Source of the DNA: Sumerlaeia bacterium
GTDB taxonomy: Bacteria > Sumerlaeota > Sumerlaeia > SLMS01 > JAHLLQ01
Assembly: GCA_040219255.1 (NCBI GenBank)
Contig: JAVJSW010000060.1
Coordinates: 32,001-96,000 of the forward strand
DNA length: 64,000 nucleotides
Direction: 5' to 3'
Every line of letters begins with the position of its first letter. The first letter of the stretch is position 1. The position numbers and the translations under genes are program-made. This document shows positions 26,078-35,555 of this stretch, one piece after another. The notes under the pieces were generated by a model that saw nothing but the letters and a program-made list of their open reading frames with translations, had not been told where the DNA came from and searched no databases.

Positions 26078-28761
26078 GCGATCACGACCTGAGAGAAAAC
26101 GAACGCGAGCCCCAGGATGCGGAGGCAACCGCCAGCGAGGACGGCTTCTGCGAAGACCGCCTGCCGACAAGAACGGTCATGGCGTCCAGTCTGCTCCTGG
26201 GCGCGTTGGCGTTGGCGCATTTCCTGGCGCTGACGCCTTTCACGCACAATCTGGACGACGTCAAGTACCTGACGATGTGGAGCGGGGGCGCCATCGCGCT
26301 GATGGTTTATTGCGCGATGGTGGCCTTTGGCCGCGCGGCGCTTCCGCCCCGGATCATCTTCATCCCCTACGTCGGCTACGTTCTGACCCTCGTGGTCTCG
26401 ACGCTTTTCGCCTCCGAGTCCTACTCGAAATGGATCGGTTGGGAGATGGTGACATTCCACACGTCGCTGGCCGGGTGGTTCCTGCTGGGAACCGCCACCG
26501 CCGCCACGATGCGCTCCGCCCGCTGGACGGCCCGCTATTGGGTCGTGGTGGCTCTGGTCACTTGCGGCTTCGGCATCTTCCACTTCTTCGGGGGGTTGGA
26601 GTGGATTTACGACAAGCTGCCGCCGTTGACGCCGGGGCAGGAATCGCCCCCCATGCGCGCCTTGATCTTCACCTTCGCCCAATCGCGGGACATGCTCTCC
26701 ACGATCCTCAACAAGCAGTTCTTCGCCAACTTCCTGGCGGTCATGTTGCCCGTCTGCCTGGCGGCGGTGGTGCTCAATTTCCACAGCCTGAACGAGAACC
26801 TGCGCAAGGGATTGCCGATCACCAATCCGGCAGCCTGGGTCCTGGCCTCCAGCCTGGGCGTCGTCTTCTGCGCGTTCTGCATTTTCCAGACGTTCTCCAA
26901 GGCGAGCCTGTTCGGCCTGCCCCTGGTCTTCCTGGCCTTCGCGATCCTGGTGCCGCTCTGCACCAGCTATCGCATCCGCATTCCCGCCTGGCCCTTGGCG
27001 GCGAGCTTGCTGGCGATCATGATTCTGTCCACGCTGGCGGTGGCCTGGGCCGAACTGGTGGATCAGTTCCGGTCCGTTTCCACCTCCATGGAATCGCGCG
27101 AGATCATCTGGCAGGGCGCCATCAACATGTGGAAGGACAACCCGATTCTGGGCGCCGGCCCCGGCTCCTTCCGCCTCGAATTCCCCAAGTACCGCTCGCC
27201 CGACTACCACCTCTACGACATCAGCAACGTCACCCTCTACGCGCACAATCGCTTCCTCGATCTCCTCGCGGAAAACGGCATCGTGGGCTTCGGCTTCTAT
27301 GTCGCCTTCCTGGGGGCCATCGGCTGGCTCGGTTTCCGGGTCATTCTCCGCTGCCCATCCCAGAACATGCGCGTTCTGATGATCGGGTATCTTCTGGGTC
27401 TGGGGTATTTCTATCTGGGCAATCTGGCTACGCCGATGATGCGCTGGCCCGTGGGCGCCGTAACGGCGCACCTGGTGCTGGGTATCACGACGGGTCTGAT
27501 CATGACGGGTCTGCGGGGCAATCTGCCGCCGCCGCAGGAAATGCCAGGCGTCGCCGTACCCGGTCCGCAGCGCCAGAACTTCCAATGGACTCGCCTAAGC
27601 ATCGCCGCCGCCACCGCCGCGGTTCTGGCTTTCGGCTATCTGCTCTACATCCACGATCGCGGTAAGCACTACTTCGCCGCCAGCGTCGCCAACAACCAGG
27701 GCGTCCTGATCATCAGCCGCACGCCGATGAGCGAAAAGGGCCTGGGCATTTCCAAGGCGCAGTTTATCAACTACGCGGGCAACGAGATGGAAAAGGCTCG
27801 CAAGCTGTTCGATACGGCGATGGAAGAAAATCCGAATTTCATCACATCGTACTATAAGCAGGCGCACGTCTATAACCGGCTGGCAAGCCTCTACGAAGCC
27901 GCCGGCAATCGGGAAAAGAGCGAGGAGATGCAGCTCAAGGGGCTGGAGGTCTACGCCGACCTGCGGGAGCTGGCGCCCGATTATTCGGAGATTCACTACA
28001 ACCTGGCAGTCATCAACGCGGACCTGGCGGACGACTACAAGCAGCAGGCGCAAGCGATGCCGGCGGGCTCGGAGCAGCGTCAGGCCATGATGGAGAAGGC
28101 CCGAGCCACGATGGAGGAAGCCATCGTCTCCGTCGACCGCGCCGCCGAACTGAGCAACAAGATCAACGTGTACTACATCCGCGGCCTGTTCTACGAACGG
28201 CTTGCAGCGATGCACCCAGAGGGCTCGGAGAAGTATCTGACCGCCATCGCCAACGCGGCCCGGTCCTATGAAACCGCTCGCGACGCTCCCTTCGCCCGAG
28301 TGTTGCAGGACGAAAATCAGCGCGAAACGGAAGAGGCGCAGAAGCGCCTGGCCGCGGGGAAGGCCGCCGGCCTCTACAACCTGGCCAAAATGTATCCGGA
28401 AGCGGGCGAGGCGTACTGGAAAGTGTACCAGGAAAACCCGAACGACAGCCAGCCCCTCAATCGCGCCATCGTGTCCTTTGTGTTGGCCAAGGACCTGGAT
28501 CGCGCCGAGGAATTGGTGAAGGAAGGTTTGCGCCGCAACCCGCTCAACCCCGATTTCCAACTGGTGTACGCCGAGCTGTTGGCCGAGCAGGCGGCCTCGC
28601 GGGAGAATCAGGACCTGGCCTGGAAGGCGCTCGAGCAGGCCCTGTTCGTCAGCGAAGTGGCCGAGCGCGTTCCCGATTACCTCGACAAGCAGCAGCAAGA
28701 ACGCCTGACCCGTATCATTCAGCGGGGCCATGGATTGGCCCGCCAATTGAACCAATCTTGA
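26074..28761 (+). CDS. O-antigen ligase/O-oligosaccharyltransferase (Wzy_C) family protein with C-terminal TPR repeats
   Basis: Many TM segments; SREIIWQGA...PILGAGPGSF and AHNRFLDLLAENGIVG; helical TPR-like C-terminal half. Confidence 0.85.
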   Translation: MSDHDLRENEREPQDAEATASEDGFCEDRLPTRTVMASSLLLGALALAHFLALTPFTHNLDDVKYLTMWSGGAIALMVYCAMVAFGRAALPPRIIFIPYVGYVLTLVVSTLFASESYSKWIGWEMVTFHTSLAGWFLLGTATAATMRSARWTARYWVVVALVTCGFGIFHFFGGLEWIYDKLPPLTPGQESPPMRALIFTFAQSRDMLSTILNKQFFANFLAVMLPVCLAAVVLNFHSLNENLRKGLPITNPAAWVLASSLGVVFCAFCIFQTFSKASLFGLPLVFLAFAILVPLCTSYRIRIPAWPLAASLLAIMILSTLAVAWAELVDQFRSVSTSMESREIIWQGAINMWKDNPILGAGPGSFRLEFPKYRSPDYHLYDISNVTLYAHNRFLDLLAENGIVGFGFYVAFLGAIGWLGFRVILRCPSQNMRVLMIGYLLGLGYFYLGNLATPMMRWPVGAVTAHLVLGITTGLIMTGLRGNLPPPQEMPGVAVPGPQRQNFQWTRLSIAAATAAVLAFGYLLYIHDRGKHYFAASVANNQGVLIISRTPMSEKGLGISKAQFINYAGNEMEKARKLFDTAMEENPNFITSYYKQAHVYNRLASLYEAAGNREKSEEMQLKGLEVYADLRELAPDYSEIHYNLAVINADLADDYKQQAQAMPAGSEQRQAMMEKARATMEEAIVSVDRAAELSNKINVYYIRGLFYERLAAMHPEGSEKYLTAIANAARSYETARDAPFARVLQDENQRETEEAQKRLAAGKAAGLYNLAKMYPEAGEAYWKVYQENPNDSQPLNRAIVSFVLAKDLDRAEELVKEGLRRNPLNPDFQLVYAELLAEQAASRENQDLAWKALEQALFVSEVAERVPDYLDKQQQERLTRIIQRGHGLARQLNQS

Positions 28762-28775
28762 CGAACGAGCCCTCC

Positions 28776-29765
28776 ATGACCTTCTCCGCCACCCAAGGCG
28801 CGCTTCACATCCGCGTCCCCGCTTCCACCTCCAACCTCGGCCCCGGCTACGATGTGCTGGGCTGCGCGTTCCAGCTTCACAACGAGTTCCTCGTGCGCCT
28901 CCTCGAGGGCGAAGGGGACTCGGAGATCGCCTTCACCGGGCCCCAGGCCAAGGGGCTGACGCCGTCGCCGGACAACGTGTTCTTCACCAGCGCGGCCCGG
29001 CTGTTCCAGTTTCTCGGCCGCCCCGTGCCCCGGCTGGAAGTCACCGCCGTCTGCCACGTGCCCAACGCGCGCGGCCTGGGCAGCAGTTCCACCGCCGTGG
29101 TGGCGGGCTTGCTAGCGGCGGATGCGATTTGCGGGGGGATGCTGGAGGACGGCGGCCAATCGTTTTTCGCCGCGGCTCCGGTCGGCGTCTCCGGCTTGCT
29201 GGACCTGGCCAGCCAGATCGAAGGCCATCCGGACAATGTGGCCCCGGCGCTGCTCGGCGGATTGACCTGCGCGATGATGGCGCCCGACGGCCATGTGGTG
29301 GCCAGCCGCTCGCGCCCCCACCCGGCGCTGGGTTTCGTCGTCTACTCGCCCGATTACGAGGTCCGCACGGAAGACGCCCGCAACGCCCTGCCCAAGACCA
29401 TCGCCCACAGCGACGCCGTGGCGAACCTGGCGCGGTTGCCTCTCCTGATCGACGCGCTGACCCGGGGCGACGCCAGCGAGTTGGCGCTGCTGACCATCGA
29501 CCGGTTGCACGAACCCTATCGCAAGCCCCTCTATCGGCAGTTCGAGGAATTGAAGGCGGTGGCGCGGGAAGCCGGCGCGGCGGCCGCGTGCCTCAGCGGC
29601 GCGGGGCCATCGATGTTGGCCATCGGCGTGGTGGAGGACCTGCCGCGGGTGGCCCAGGCATGGAAAAAAGCCGCCGAAGACTTCGGTCTCGGCGGCGAGG
29701 TGCGGGTGTTGGAGGTGGAATACGAAGGCGCTTCGGTTCAATCCTACGAAAGCGCCCCGTCCTGA
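28776..29765 (+). CDS. thrB: Homoserine kinase
   Basis: VPASTSNLGPGYD, PNARGLGSSS, EGHPDNVAPA, DRLHEPYR, LSGAGPS; alternative TTG start at 28758. Confidence 0.95.
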   Translation: MTFSATQGALHIRVPASTSNLGPGYDVLGCAFQLHNEFLVRLLEGEGDSEIAFTGPQAKGLTPSPDNVFFTSAARLFQFLGRPVPRLEVTAVCHVPNARGLGSSSTAVVAGLLAADAICGGMLEDGGQSFFAAAPVGVSGLLDLASQIEGHPDNVAPALLGGLTCAMMAPDGHVVASRSRPHPALGFVVYSPDYEVRTEDARNALPKTIAHSDAVANLARLPLLIDALTRGDASELALLTIDRLHEPYRKPLYRQFEELKAVAREAGAAAACLSGAGPSMLAIGVVEDLPRVAQAWKKAAEDFGLGGEVRVLEVEYEGASVQSYESAPS

Positions 29766-29807
29766 CGAAAACTCAGGACCTGATCGAGAGCAGCCCCCCG
29801 GAAGTCT

Positions 29808-30503
29808 CTAGCCGGTGATGCGGCTGGCCACCTCCATGCCACAGGGAACGGGCGGAGCCTCGCCGCCGTAGCGGCCGATGTCGCCTCCGCTGATGGCGCC
29901 GTTGGTGGGATCGTAAACGCTGTTCACGCCGAGGTAGTCGGGCTGGATGGTGGCGCATCCGGCGCCGTCCCAGCCGTACATGTGGATGTAGCCGAAGAGC
30001 TGGTCGGGTCCGGCGCTTTGCAACATGAAGGCGCGGCGGTAAGGCGTCCCCGGCCCGAAGGCGTTGCGCGAGGCCCAGGTCAGGGGCTCGCCCGGGTTCG
30101 TGGACTCGGCGTAGTTATAGAAGAAAATGCTGCCTTCCCACGATCCGATCGTCGTGCCGTCTTCCGTGACGAGCTTCGTTTCCTTGCCGAGGAAAGGATC
30201 CTGCCAGGGAATGGTGCTGAGGTAAACGGTCGGTGTGGTCAACGCGTGCAGGCCGTTGCGCGCTTCCACGTCGCGATTGTCGACCGGGTACCGGTTGTGA
30301 TCGACGACGTAGGATTCCAGGGCGACGGCGATGGTGCGGAAATCCATCTTGGCGCGGCTGACCTTGGCCCGGGTCTGCGCCTGCAGGAAATTGGGAACGG
30401 CAATGGCCGCCAGAATGGCGATGATCGCCACGACGATGAGCAGTTCGATCAATGTGAATGCGGGGGCAATACGGCTGAATTTCTGAATTCTGGAAGGGCG
30501 CAT
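29808..30503 (-). CDS. Prepilin-type N-terminal cleavage/methylation domain protein (pseudopilin-like)
   Basis: AFTLIELLIVVAIIAILAAIAVPNFLQAQTRAKVSR; SAGPD; YDPTNGAISGGDI. Confidence 0.9.
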   Translation of the reverse strand: MRPSRIQKFSRIAPAFTLIELLIVVAIIAILAAIAVPNFLQAQTRAKVSRAKMDFRTIAVALESYVVDHNRYPVDNRDVEARNGLHALTTPTVYLSTIPWQDPFLGKETKLVTEDGTTIGSWEGSIFFYNYAESTNPGEPLTWASRNAFGPGTPYRRAFMLQSAGPDQLFGYIHMYGWDGAGCATIQPDYLGVNSVYDPTNGAISGGDIGRYGGEAPPVPCGMEVASRITG

Positions 30504-30791
30504 AATCGTCACCTGGAAAAATTGTTTCGCGGTGATCTTTATTGTTACCAGACCTGTGCCACTTCTTGACGCTCTTCCAAGTCGAGTCATACCAGTGCGG
30601 AACATTTCACTGGTCAGGGCGTCTTGAGTAAGGCCGTTCTCCCTCTTGTCTCGATTGGAGACTGGGTGTGAAACGGAGTTTCCCTATTATACGGGGGAAA
30701 AGACTATTCGCTTTAAAATAGAAAATCCCCCGGAGTGAGGGCGCGGCGATCCGCAACCATTCTCACTTCCGGGGGAATTCGGCTGTATTTC

Positions 30792-31865
30792 TTACTTGGT
30801 GGAAACGTACCAGTAATTCTGAATGTCGTGCTCGAGTTCGTGCACCTCGGTGCCGAGGAAGCCGGCGTCCTCGAGCATTTCCACGGCCAGTTCCTTGCCC
30901 CACGCGGCGCCCAGTCCCATGCCGCCTTGCGCCAGCGAAACGCTCATGCAGTGCAGGCAGGAAATGGCGTAGATGAACGGGGCGACGGGGTGGTCGAGGT
31001 TGTTTTCCAGGTGGCTGCTGGCGCGGATGTCCTGCATCAGGAAGGTCCCGCCGGGCTTGAGCGCGCGGCGGATGTTCGCCAGCACCAGGTCCGGCCGGGC
31101 CTGATCGTGGATCGCGTCGAAAGCCGTGATGACATCGAAGGCGTCTTCTTCGTCCCAGGCGGCGGCGTTGCGTTCCGCGAACTCGATGTTGGTCAGGCCG
31201 CGGGCTTCGGCGGTGGCGCGGGCGCGCTCGACCGCTTCCTCGCACAGGTCGTAGCCGGTGAAGTGGCTGGCGGGGAAAAGTTCGGCCAGACGGCACAGAG
31301 TCAGGCCGCTGCCGCATCCGACGTCGAGGAGGCGGACGCCGCGCTCGAGGTCGCGCACCAATCCGGGCACGAGCGGCAGGATGTGCTCGGTCAGGGCCGA
31401 GCCCACGGTCTGGCTGCTTTCCTCGGCCATGACCGGGTGAAAGCGGGCGTAGCGTTCGTAGGGAACGCCGCCGCCCTCGCGGAAACAGCGCACGATTTCG
31501 TCCTCCACGCCGCCGAGAACGGCGAAGAACTGCATCGGCGAGGCGAAGTTGTTGGGCCCGGCGGCACGGGTCAGGTAAGCGGCGTGCTCGGCGGGCAGGC
31601 GATAGGTCTTGGAAAGCGGTTCGTAATCCACGATGCCGGCGGTGACGAAGCAGCCGAGGGCTTCGCGGACGTAGCGTTCATTGAGGCGGGCGGCTTCGGC
31701 GATTTCCGCCGACGTGCTGTGCGAAAGGTTGGCCATCGTGTCGAACAGGCCGGTGCGATGGGCGACGGAGATCATGAGGGCGATGGAGCCATGGTTCAGG
31801 ACGGAAAGCATCTGGCCGGCGAAGGCTTCGGCTTTATCGGTGTTGACGGTGCATGCGGTACACAT
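30792..31865 (-). CDS. Class I SAM-dependent methyltransferase with N-terminal winged helix (Rv2258c-like)
   Basis: LNERYVRE, FREGGGVPY, LDVGCGSG, FDAIHDQA, GLGAAWG; AAGGAG ribosome-binding-site-like sequence not confirmed. Confidence 0.9.
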   Translation of the reverse strand: MCTACTVNTDKAEAFAGQMLSVLNHGSIALMISVAHRTGLFDTMANLSHSTSAEIAEAARLNERYVREALGCFVTAGIVDYEPLSKTYRLPAEHAAYLTRAAGPNNFASPMQFFAVLGGVEDEIVRCFREGGGVPYERYARFHPVMAEESSQTVGSALTEHILPLVPGLVRDLERGVRLLDVGCGSGLTLCRLAELFPASHFTGYDLCEEAVERARATAEARGLTNIEFAERNAAAWDEEDAFDVITAFDAIHDQARPDLVLANIRRALKPGGTFLMQDIRASSHLENNLDHPVAPFIYAISCLHCMSVSLAQGGMGLGAAWGKELAVEMLEDAGFLGTEVHELEHDIQNYWYVSTK

Positions 31866-32190
31866 AGTGAAGGAGTCCTCTGAAGTATAAGAGAAGTAGG
31901 AGAGAAGTGAAAGGAAATGTAGGGAAACAATAGGGTCCCGGCGTCTCTGGTCTCGGGCCGGGCCGGAGCGGGGGAGAACCGGCCCCCGCGGTGAAGGGCG
32001 GGAGCATAGTCAGGACGGCTCGCCGGTAAAGTGGAAATGGTTGCAGGCAACGGAAGTGTCCGCTGGCGGACAAGGCCCGGCGCCTTCGGGCTTGAAATCC
32101 CGCGGGCCAGGCCTTACCCCAACGGGCCGGCCGGGCGGGAGGCTTCTTGCGCCCCCGCCGGCAATCCGCTCCGAAGAGCCCCCACGCCCC

Positions 32191-32823
32191 ATGTCCGCAC
32201 CCCTCGCCACGAACGATCTTTGGTACGAAACATTCCCCGAATTGGTCGCCCGATGGTTCAACGCCAAGAGTTCGGCCGAGCGGCTGAGGCTGGTGAACAG
32301 CGCCCGCATTTCCATCGCGGCGGAGGAGCGATCCCGCACCCTGATGGAGCACGCGCGTGTCAAGCCGCTGCCGAAGCTGACCACGGCCCGCCAATGGGAT
32401 GTGCGATGGGAGCCGAAGGCGGCCTGGGAGCACGTGCGCAAGGGCATCCGGCGCTTCAACTGGGACTGCAAACGCACGAGAACCAGCGTGGTGCGTCAGG
32501 AAATGATGATCGCGGCGCAGGAACTCGATACGGGAACGGGGGGGGCGCCCTTGGTGCTGGTGGAGGACCGGGTGCTGGAGACCCTGGCGGCGAAGGCGAA
32601 AGCGGGCGGGCTTCTGTTGAAAGCGTCGCCGGCGGACCTGGCGCCGCTGGTGCTGGCGCGCGAGTTATTCTGGCTCGCGGCGGAGGCCAAGCCCATGGCC
32701 GGCGCGGGCGAGTACCTCGATGAACTCGCCTGCCACGATTTCGTGGAACGGCTGCTCGGTCTGCCGTTCAGCCCCATGGTGTTCGATTTTCTGCCCGATC
32801 CGCCCCGCCCGCCCCGCGCATGA
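32191..32823 (+). CDS. Hypothetical protein
   Basis: 210 aa, host-like codons, stop overlaps the sua5 start (ATGA). Confidence 0.65.
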   Translation: MSAPLATNDLWYETFPELVARWFNAKSSAERLRLVNSARISIAAEERSRTLMEHARVKPLPKLTTARQWDVRWEPKAAWEHVRKGIRRFNWDCKRTRTSVVRQEMMIAAQELDTGTGGAPLVLVEDRVLETLAAKAKAGGLLLKASPADLAPLVLARELFWLAAEAKPMAGAGEYLDELACHDFVERLLGLPFSPMVFDFLPDPPRPPRA

Positions 32824-33761
32824 CCCGGCTGCTCGACGCGGACGCTGGCGGAATCGCCGAGGCCGCCGCCCTGCTGCGTGCCGGAGAGGCGGTCGCCATC
32901 CCCACGGAAACGGTCTATGGGCTTGCCGCGGACGCCACCAATGCGGCCGCGGTGGAACGGATTTACGAGGCCAAAGGCCGCCCCGCCAACAATCCCCTGA
33001 TCGTCCACGTGCCGGGCGCGGAGGCGGCCGCGAGATGGGCGGGCGCTTGGTCCGAGGACGCCGCCCGCCTCGCCGGGCGGTTCTGGCCGGGACCGCTGAC
33101 GCTCGTGGTTCCGGCGGGCGAGGGGCTGGCCTCGAACGCCTTGGCCGGAGGGGCGACGGTGGGTTTGCGGGCCCCGGATCATCCGGTGGCGCTGGAGTTG
33201 CTGCGTGCCTGCGGATTGCCCTTGGCGGCACCGAGCGCCAACCGCAGCGGGTCGCTGTCGCCGACGCTGGCCCGGCACGTCGTCGAGGGCCTGGGGGGCC
33301 GTATCGCGGCGGTGCTCGATGGCGGACCGTGCCGGGTCGGGATCGAATCGACGGTTCTGGACCTGGCGAGCCCCCAGGCCCCGCGCGTCCTGCGCCCGGG
33401 GGACATATCGGCGGAGGCTATCGCCCAAGTCCTCGGGCGCGCCGTGGGGCGGCTGGCGGCGGAGGCTCCCGCGTCCGGGCCGCTGCTGTCGCCGGGTTTG
33501 CTCACACGCCACTACGCCCCCGCGGTTCCGCTGCGGATCGTGGCGGGGGAATTGCTGGGCGGGGCGCCGGGGGACGCGGCGGTGTTGCGGCTGGGGCGCG
33601 ACCTGCCGGAGGACCCGCAGGCCTTCGCCAGCGAACTCTATCGCCGGCTCTGGCTGGCACAGGCGGCCGGCGGGCGCGAGATCTGGCTGGAGAAACCGCC
33701 GGAGACGCCGGAATGGAACGCCGTCTGGGATCGGCTGCGGAGGGCCGTGGCGCGGGATTGA
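32820..33761 (+). CDS. sua5: L-threonylcarbamoyladenylate synthase (Sua5/TsaC)
   Basis: IPTETVYGLAAD, KGRPANNPLIVH, FWPGPLT, APSANRSG, GIESTV, SPG..RHYAP. Confidence 0.95.
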   Translation: MTRLLDADAGGIAEAAALLRAGEAVAIPTETVYGLAADATNAAAVERIYEAKGRPANNPLIVHVPGAEAAARWAGAWSEDAARLAGRFWPGPLTLVVPAGEGLASNALAGGATVGLRAPDHPVALELLRACGLPLAAPSANRSGSLSPTLARHVVEGLGGRIAAVLDGGPCRVGIESTVLDLASPQAPRVLRPGDISAEAIAQVLGRAVGRLAAEAPASGPLLSPGLLTRHYAPAVPLRIVAGELLGGAPGDAAVLRLGRDLPEDPQAFASELYRRLWLAQAAGGREIWLEKPPETPEWNAVWDRLRRAVARD

Positions 33762-33976
33762 GGGAAGACTTGGGCTGGCCGGCCCGCTGGCGGGGGAGGG
33801 CGGGCAGGTCGACTCGCTCCAGGAAAAGGCGTTCATCGGTCAGGGCTCCGGTGAGGATGCGCGGAGTCTAGGCGAAGAGAGGGCGAAAAGTCAATGGGTT
33901 TTCGTGAAAATTTCGCCCTTTGAGGCCAATCGTTGGACCATGGAGGTTCAGAGAGCGCTCCGGAGGACCGAGCTTT

Positions 33977-34993
33977 CTAGTGCTGGCGCACGAGAATTTC
34001 GTCCACCAGTTTGCGCATGATTTGGGCGGCGCGGTTGCTGGGGGGGAAGTCTTCGAGGGCGGCGATGGCTTGGGTGGAGAAATCGGCGGCCACTTCGAGG
34101 GAGGTGTCGATGGCCTTGTATTTGTGGACATAGCCCTGGACAGTGGCGAAATCGCGGCCATTGCCCAGCACGGCGCGCAGGGCTTCGCGGTCCGGGGCGT
34201 CGGCCACGGCGAGGGTTTGAAGGAGCGGAAGGGTCTGCTTGCCTTCCTTGAGGTCGGCTCCGACGCGTTTGCCCCAGTTGTCGGTCTGGGCTTCGTAATC
34301 CAGGGTGTCGTCGGTGATTTGATAGGCCATGCCGAAGGAGAGGCCGTATTGGGCGGCGCGTTCGACGTCTTCGTATTCGGCGCCGGCGATCATGGCGCCG
34401 AGGCCGGAGGCGGCGCTGAAGAGAATGGCGGTTTTGCGCTCGATGATGGTCATGTAATCGTCGACGGTGAGCCAATCGCCGCGGCGCTCGATCTGGAGCA
34501 TTTCGCCCTCGGTCATTTTTTGCGTCGTCTGGGCCAGGAGGCGGAGCGTGGCGGGGTTGAGCGTCGAGAGGGCGAGGTCGAAACTGGTGGCGTAGAGGAA
34601 ATCGGCCATGAGGATGGCGACGTCGTCGCCCCACTTGGCGTTGACGGTTTCGCGGCCTCGGCGCAGGGGGGCTTTGTCGATGACGTCGTCGTGCAAGAGG
34701 GTGGCGACGTGGAAGAGTTCGATGGCGGCGGCGAGGGCGATGTGGCCGTCTTCGCGGTCGGCGTCGTAGCCGTGGGCGCGGGCGGCGAGGCAGACGAGGG
34801 CGGGGCGGAGCATTTTGCCGCGGCCTTGGCGGACGTAGGCGGCGACATCGCGCATCAGGTCGCCCTGCACGTCATAAGCCCGGTCGATGGCGCCGCGGAC
34901 GCGCTCCAAATCCGCACCGATGTAGTCGTACAAATAATCCACGAGGTGAAGGCTCTCCGTCTGCTCCGTTCCGGCGATTGTGCTTTTTTTCAC
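33977..34993 (-). CDS. All-trans polyprenyl diphosphate synthase (IspB/HepT-like)
   Basis: GKMLRP, LLHDDVID...RRG, KTA, YQITDDTLD, DLKEGKQTLP; start uncertain (34993 or 35014). Confidence 0.93.
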   Translation of the reverse strand: MKKSTIAGTEQTESLHLVDYLYDYIGADLERVRGAIDRAYDVQGDLMRDVAAYVRQGRGKMLRPALVCLAARAHGYDADREDGHIALAAAIELFHVATLLHDDVIDKAPLRRGRETVNAKWGDDVAILMADFLYATSFDLALSTLNPATLRLLAQTTQKMTEGEMLQIERRGDWLTVDDYMTIIERKTAILFSAASGLGAMIAGAEYEDVERAAQYGLSFGMAYQITDDTLDYEAQTDNWGKRVGADLKEGKQTLPLLQTLAVADAPDREALRAVLGNGRDFATVQGYVHKYKAIDTSLEVAADFSTQAIAALEDFPPSNRAAQIMRKLVDEILVRQH

Positions 34994-35136
34994 AAGCCCG
35001 CCGGTCTCGAGCACCGGAGCCGAATCCGGGCCAATCCCGAGCGAGCGCTTCCGCGCCGCCAGTCTCGGACAATTCAGAGCGAAAACCGGGCGCGGTCAAG
35101 CGCATCATTTCCGCCACCGCCACTCCTTGCGATCCT

Positions 35137-35441
35137 TCACCACAGAGGACGCAGAGGACAGAGGTTTCACAGAGGTCAGTTGGAAGGGGTGGTTGGAATA
35201 GAGGCTTTCTCCAGGCAAGTCCATGAAAATAAGTGATCTGTCAGTCTGGTGATGATCTCTCGTTCTTGTGAATGAACAAGAAGGTGCGGTGATCTTGGCG
35301 ACTTGACGCCTTGCTGATCTCTATTCTGAACGAACGAGTTGTCATTTCGCAGCCAGCGAGCCCGGGATCGGGACTTGCCGATGGGTGCCGTTGACTTGAA
35401 ACCCAGTGATTCTCTCAGCGTTCCGTGCGCCTCGGCGGTGA
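35137..35441. repeat. Intergenic islet C bounded by ACCACAGAG-family inverted repeats
   Basis: Left TCACCACAGAGGACGCAGAGGACAGAGGTTTCACAGAGG; right end reverse-complements to TCACCGCCGAGGCGCACGGAACGCTGAGAG; AT-richer interior. Confidence 0.7.
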
Positions 35442-35555
35442 TTTCTTGAACCCTCAGGCGCCTCTCTCCGGTTCAAAAAGAAAAGGGACCCCGCCGCACC
35501 CAGCGAGGCCCCTTTCTTCCGGATGGCGCCAGCGGCGGACGGAGCCCTGCTCCGC

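Noticed and set aside
30504-30790. Riboswitch in the AT-rich leader of the pseudopilin gene
   Set aside because: A minus-strand TATAAT and short inverted repeats are present, but no known aptamer consensus was recognisable by eye; an Rfam search would be needed.
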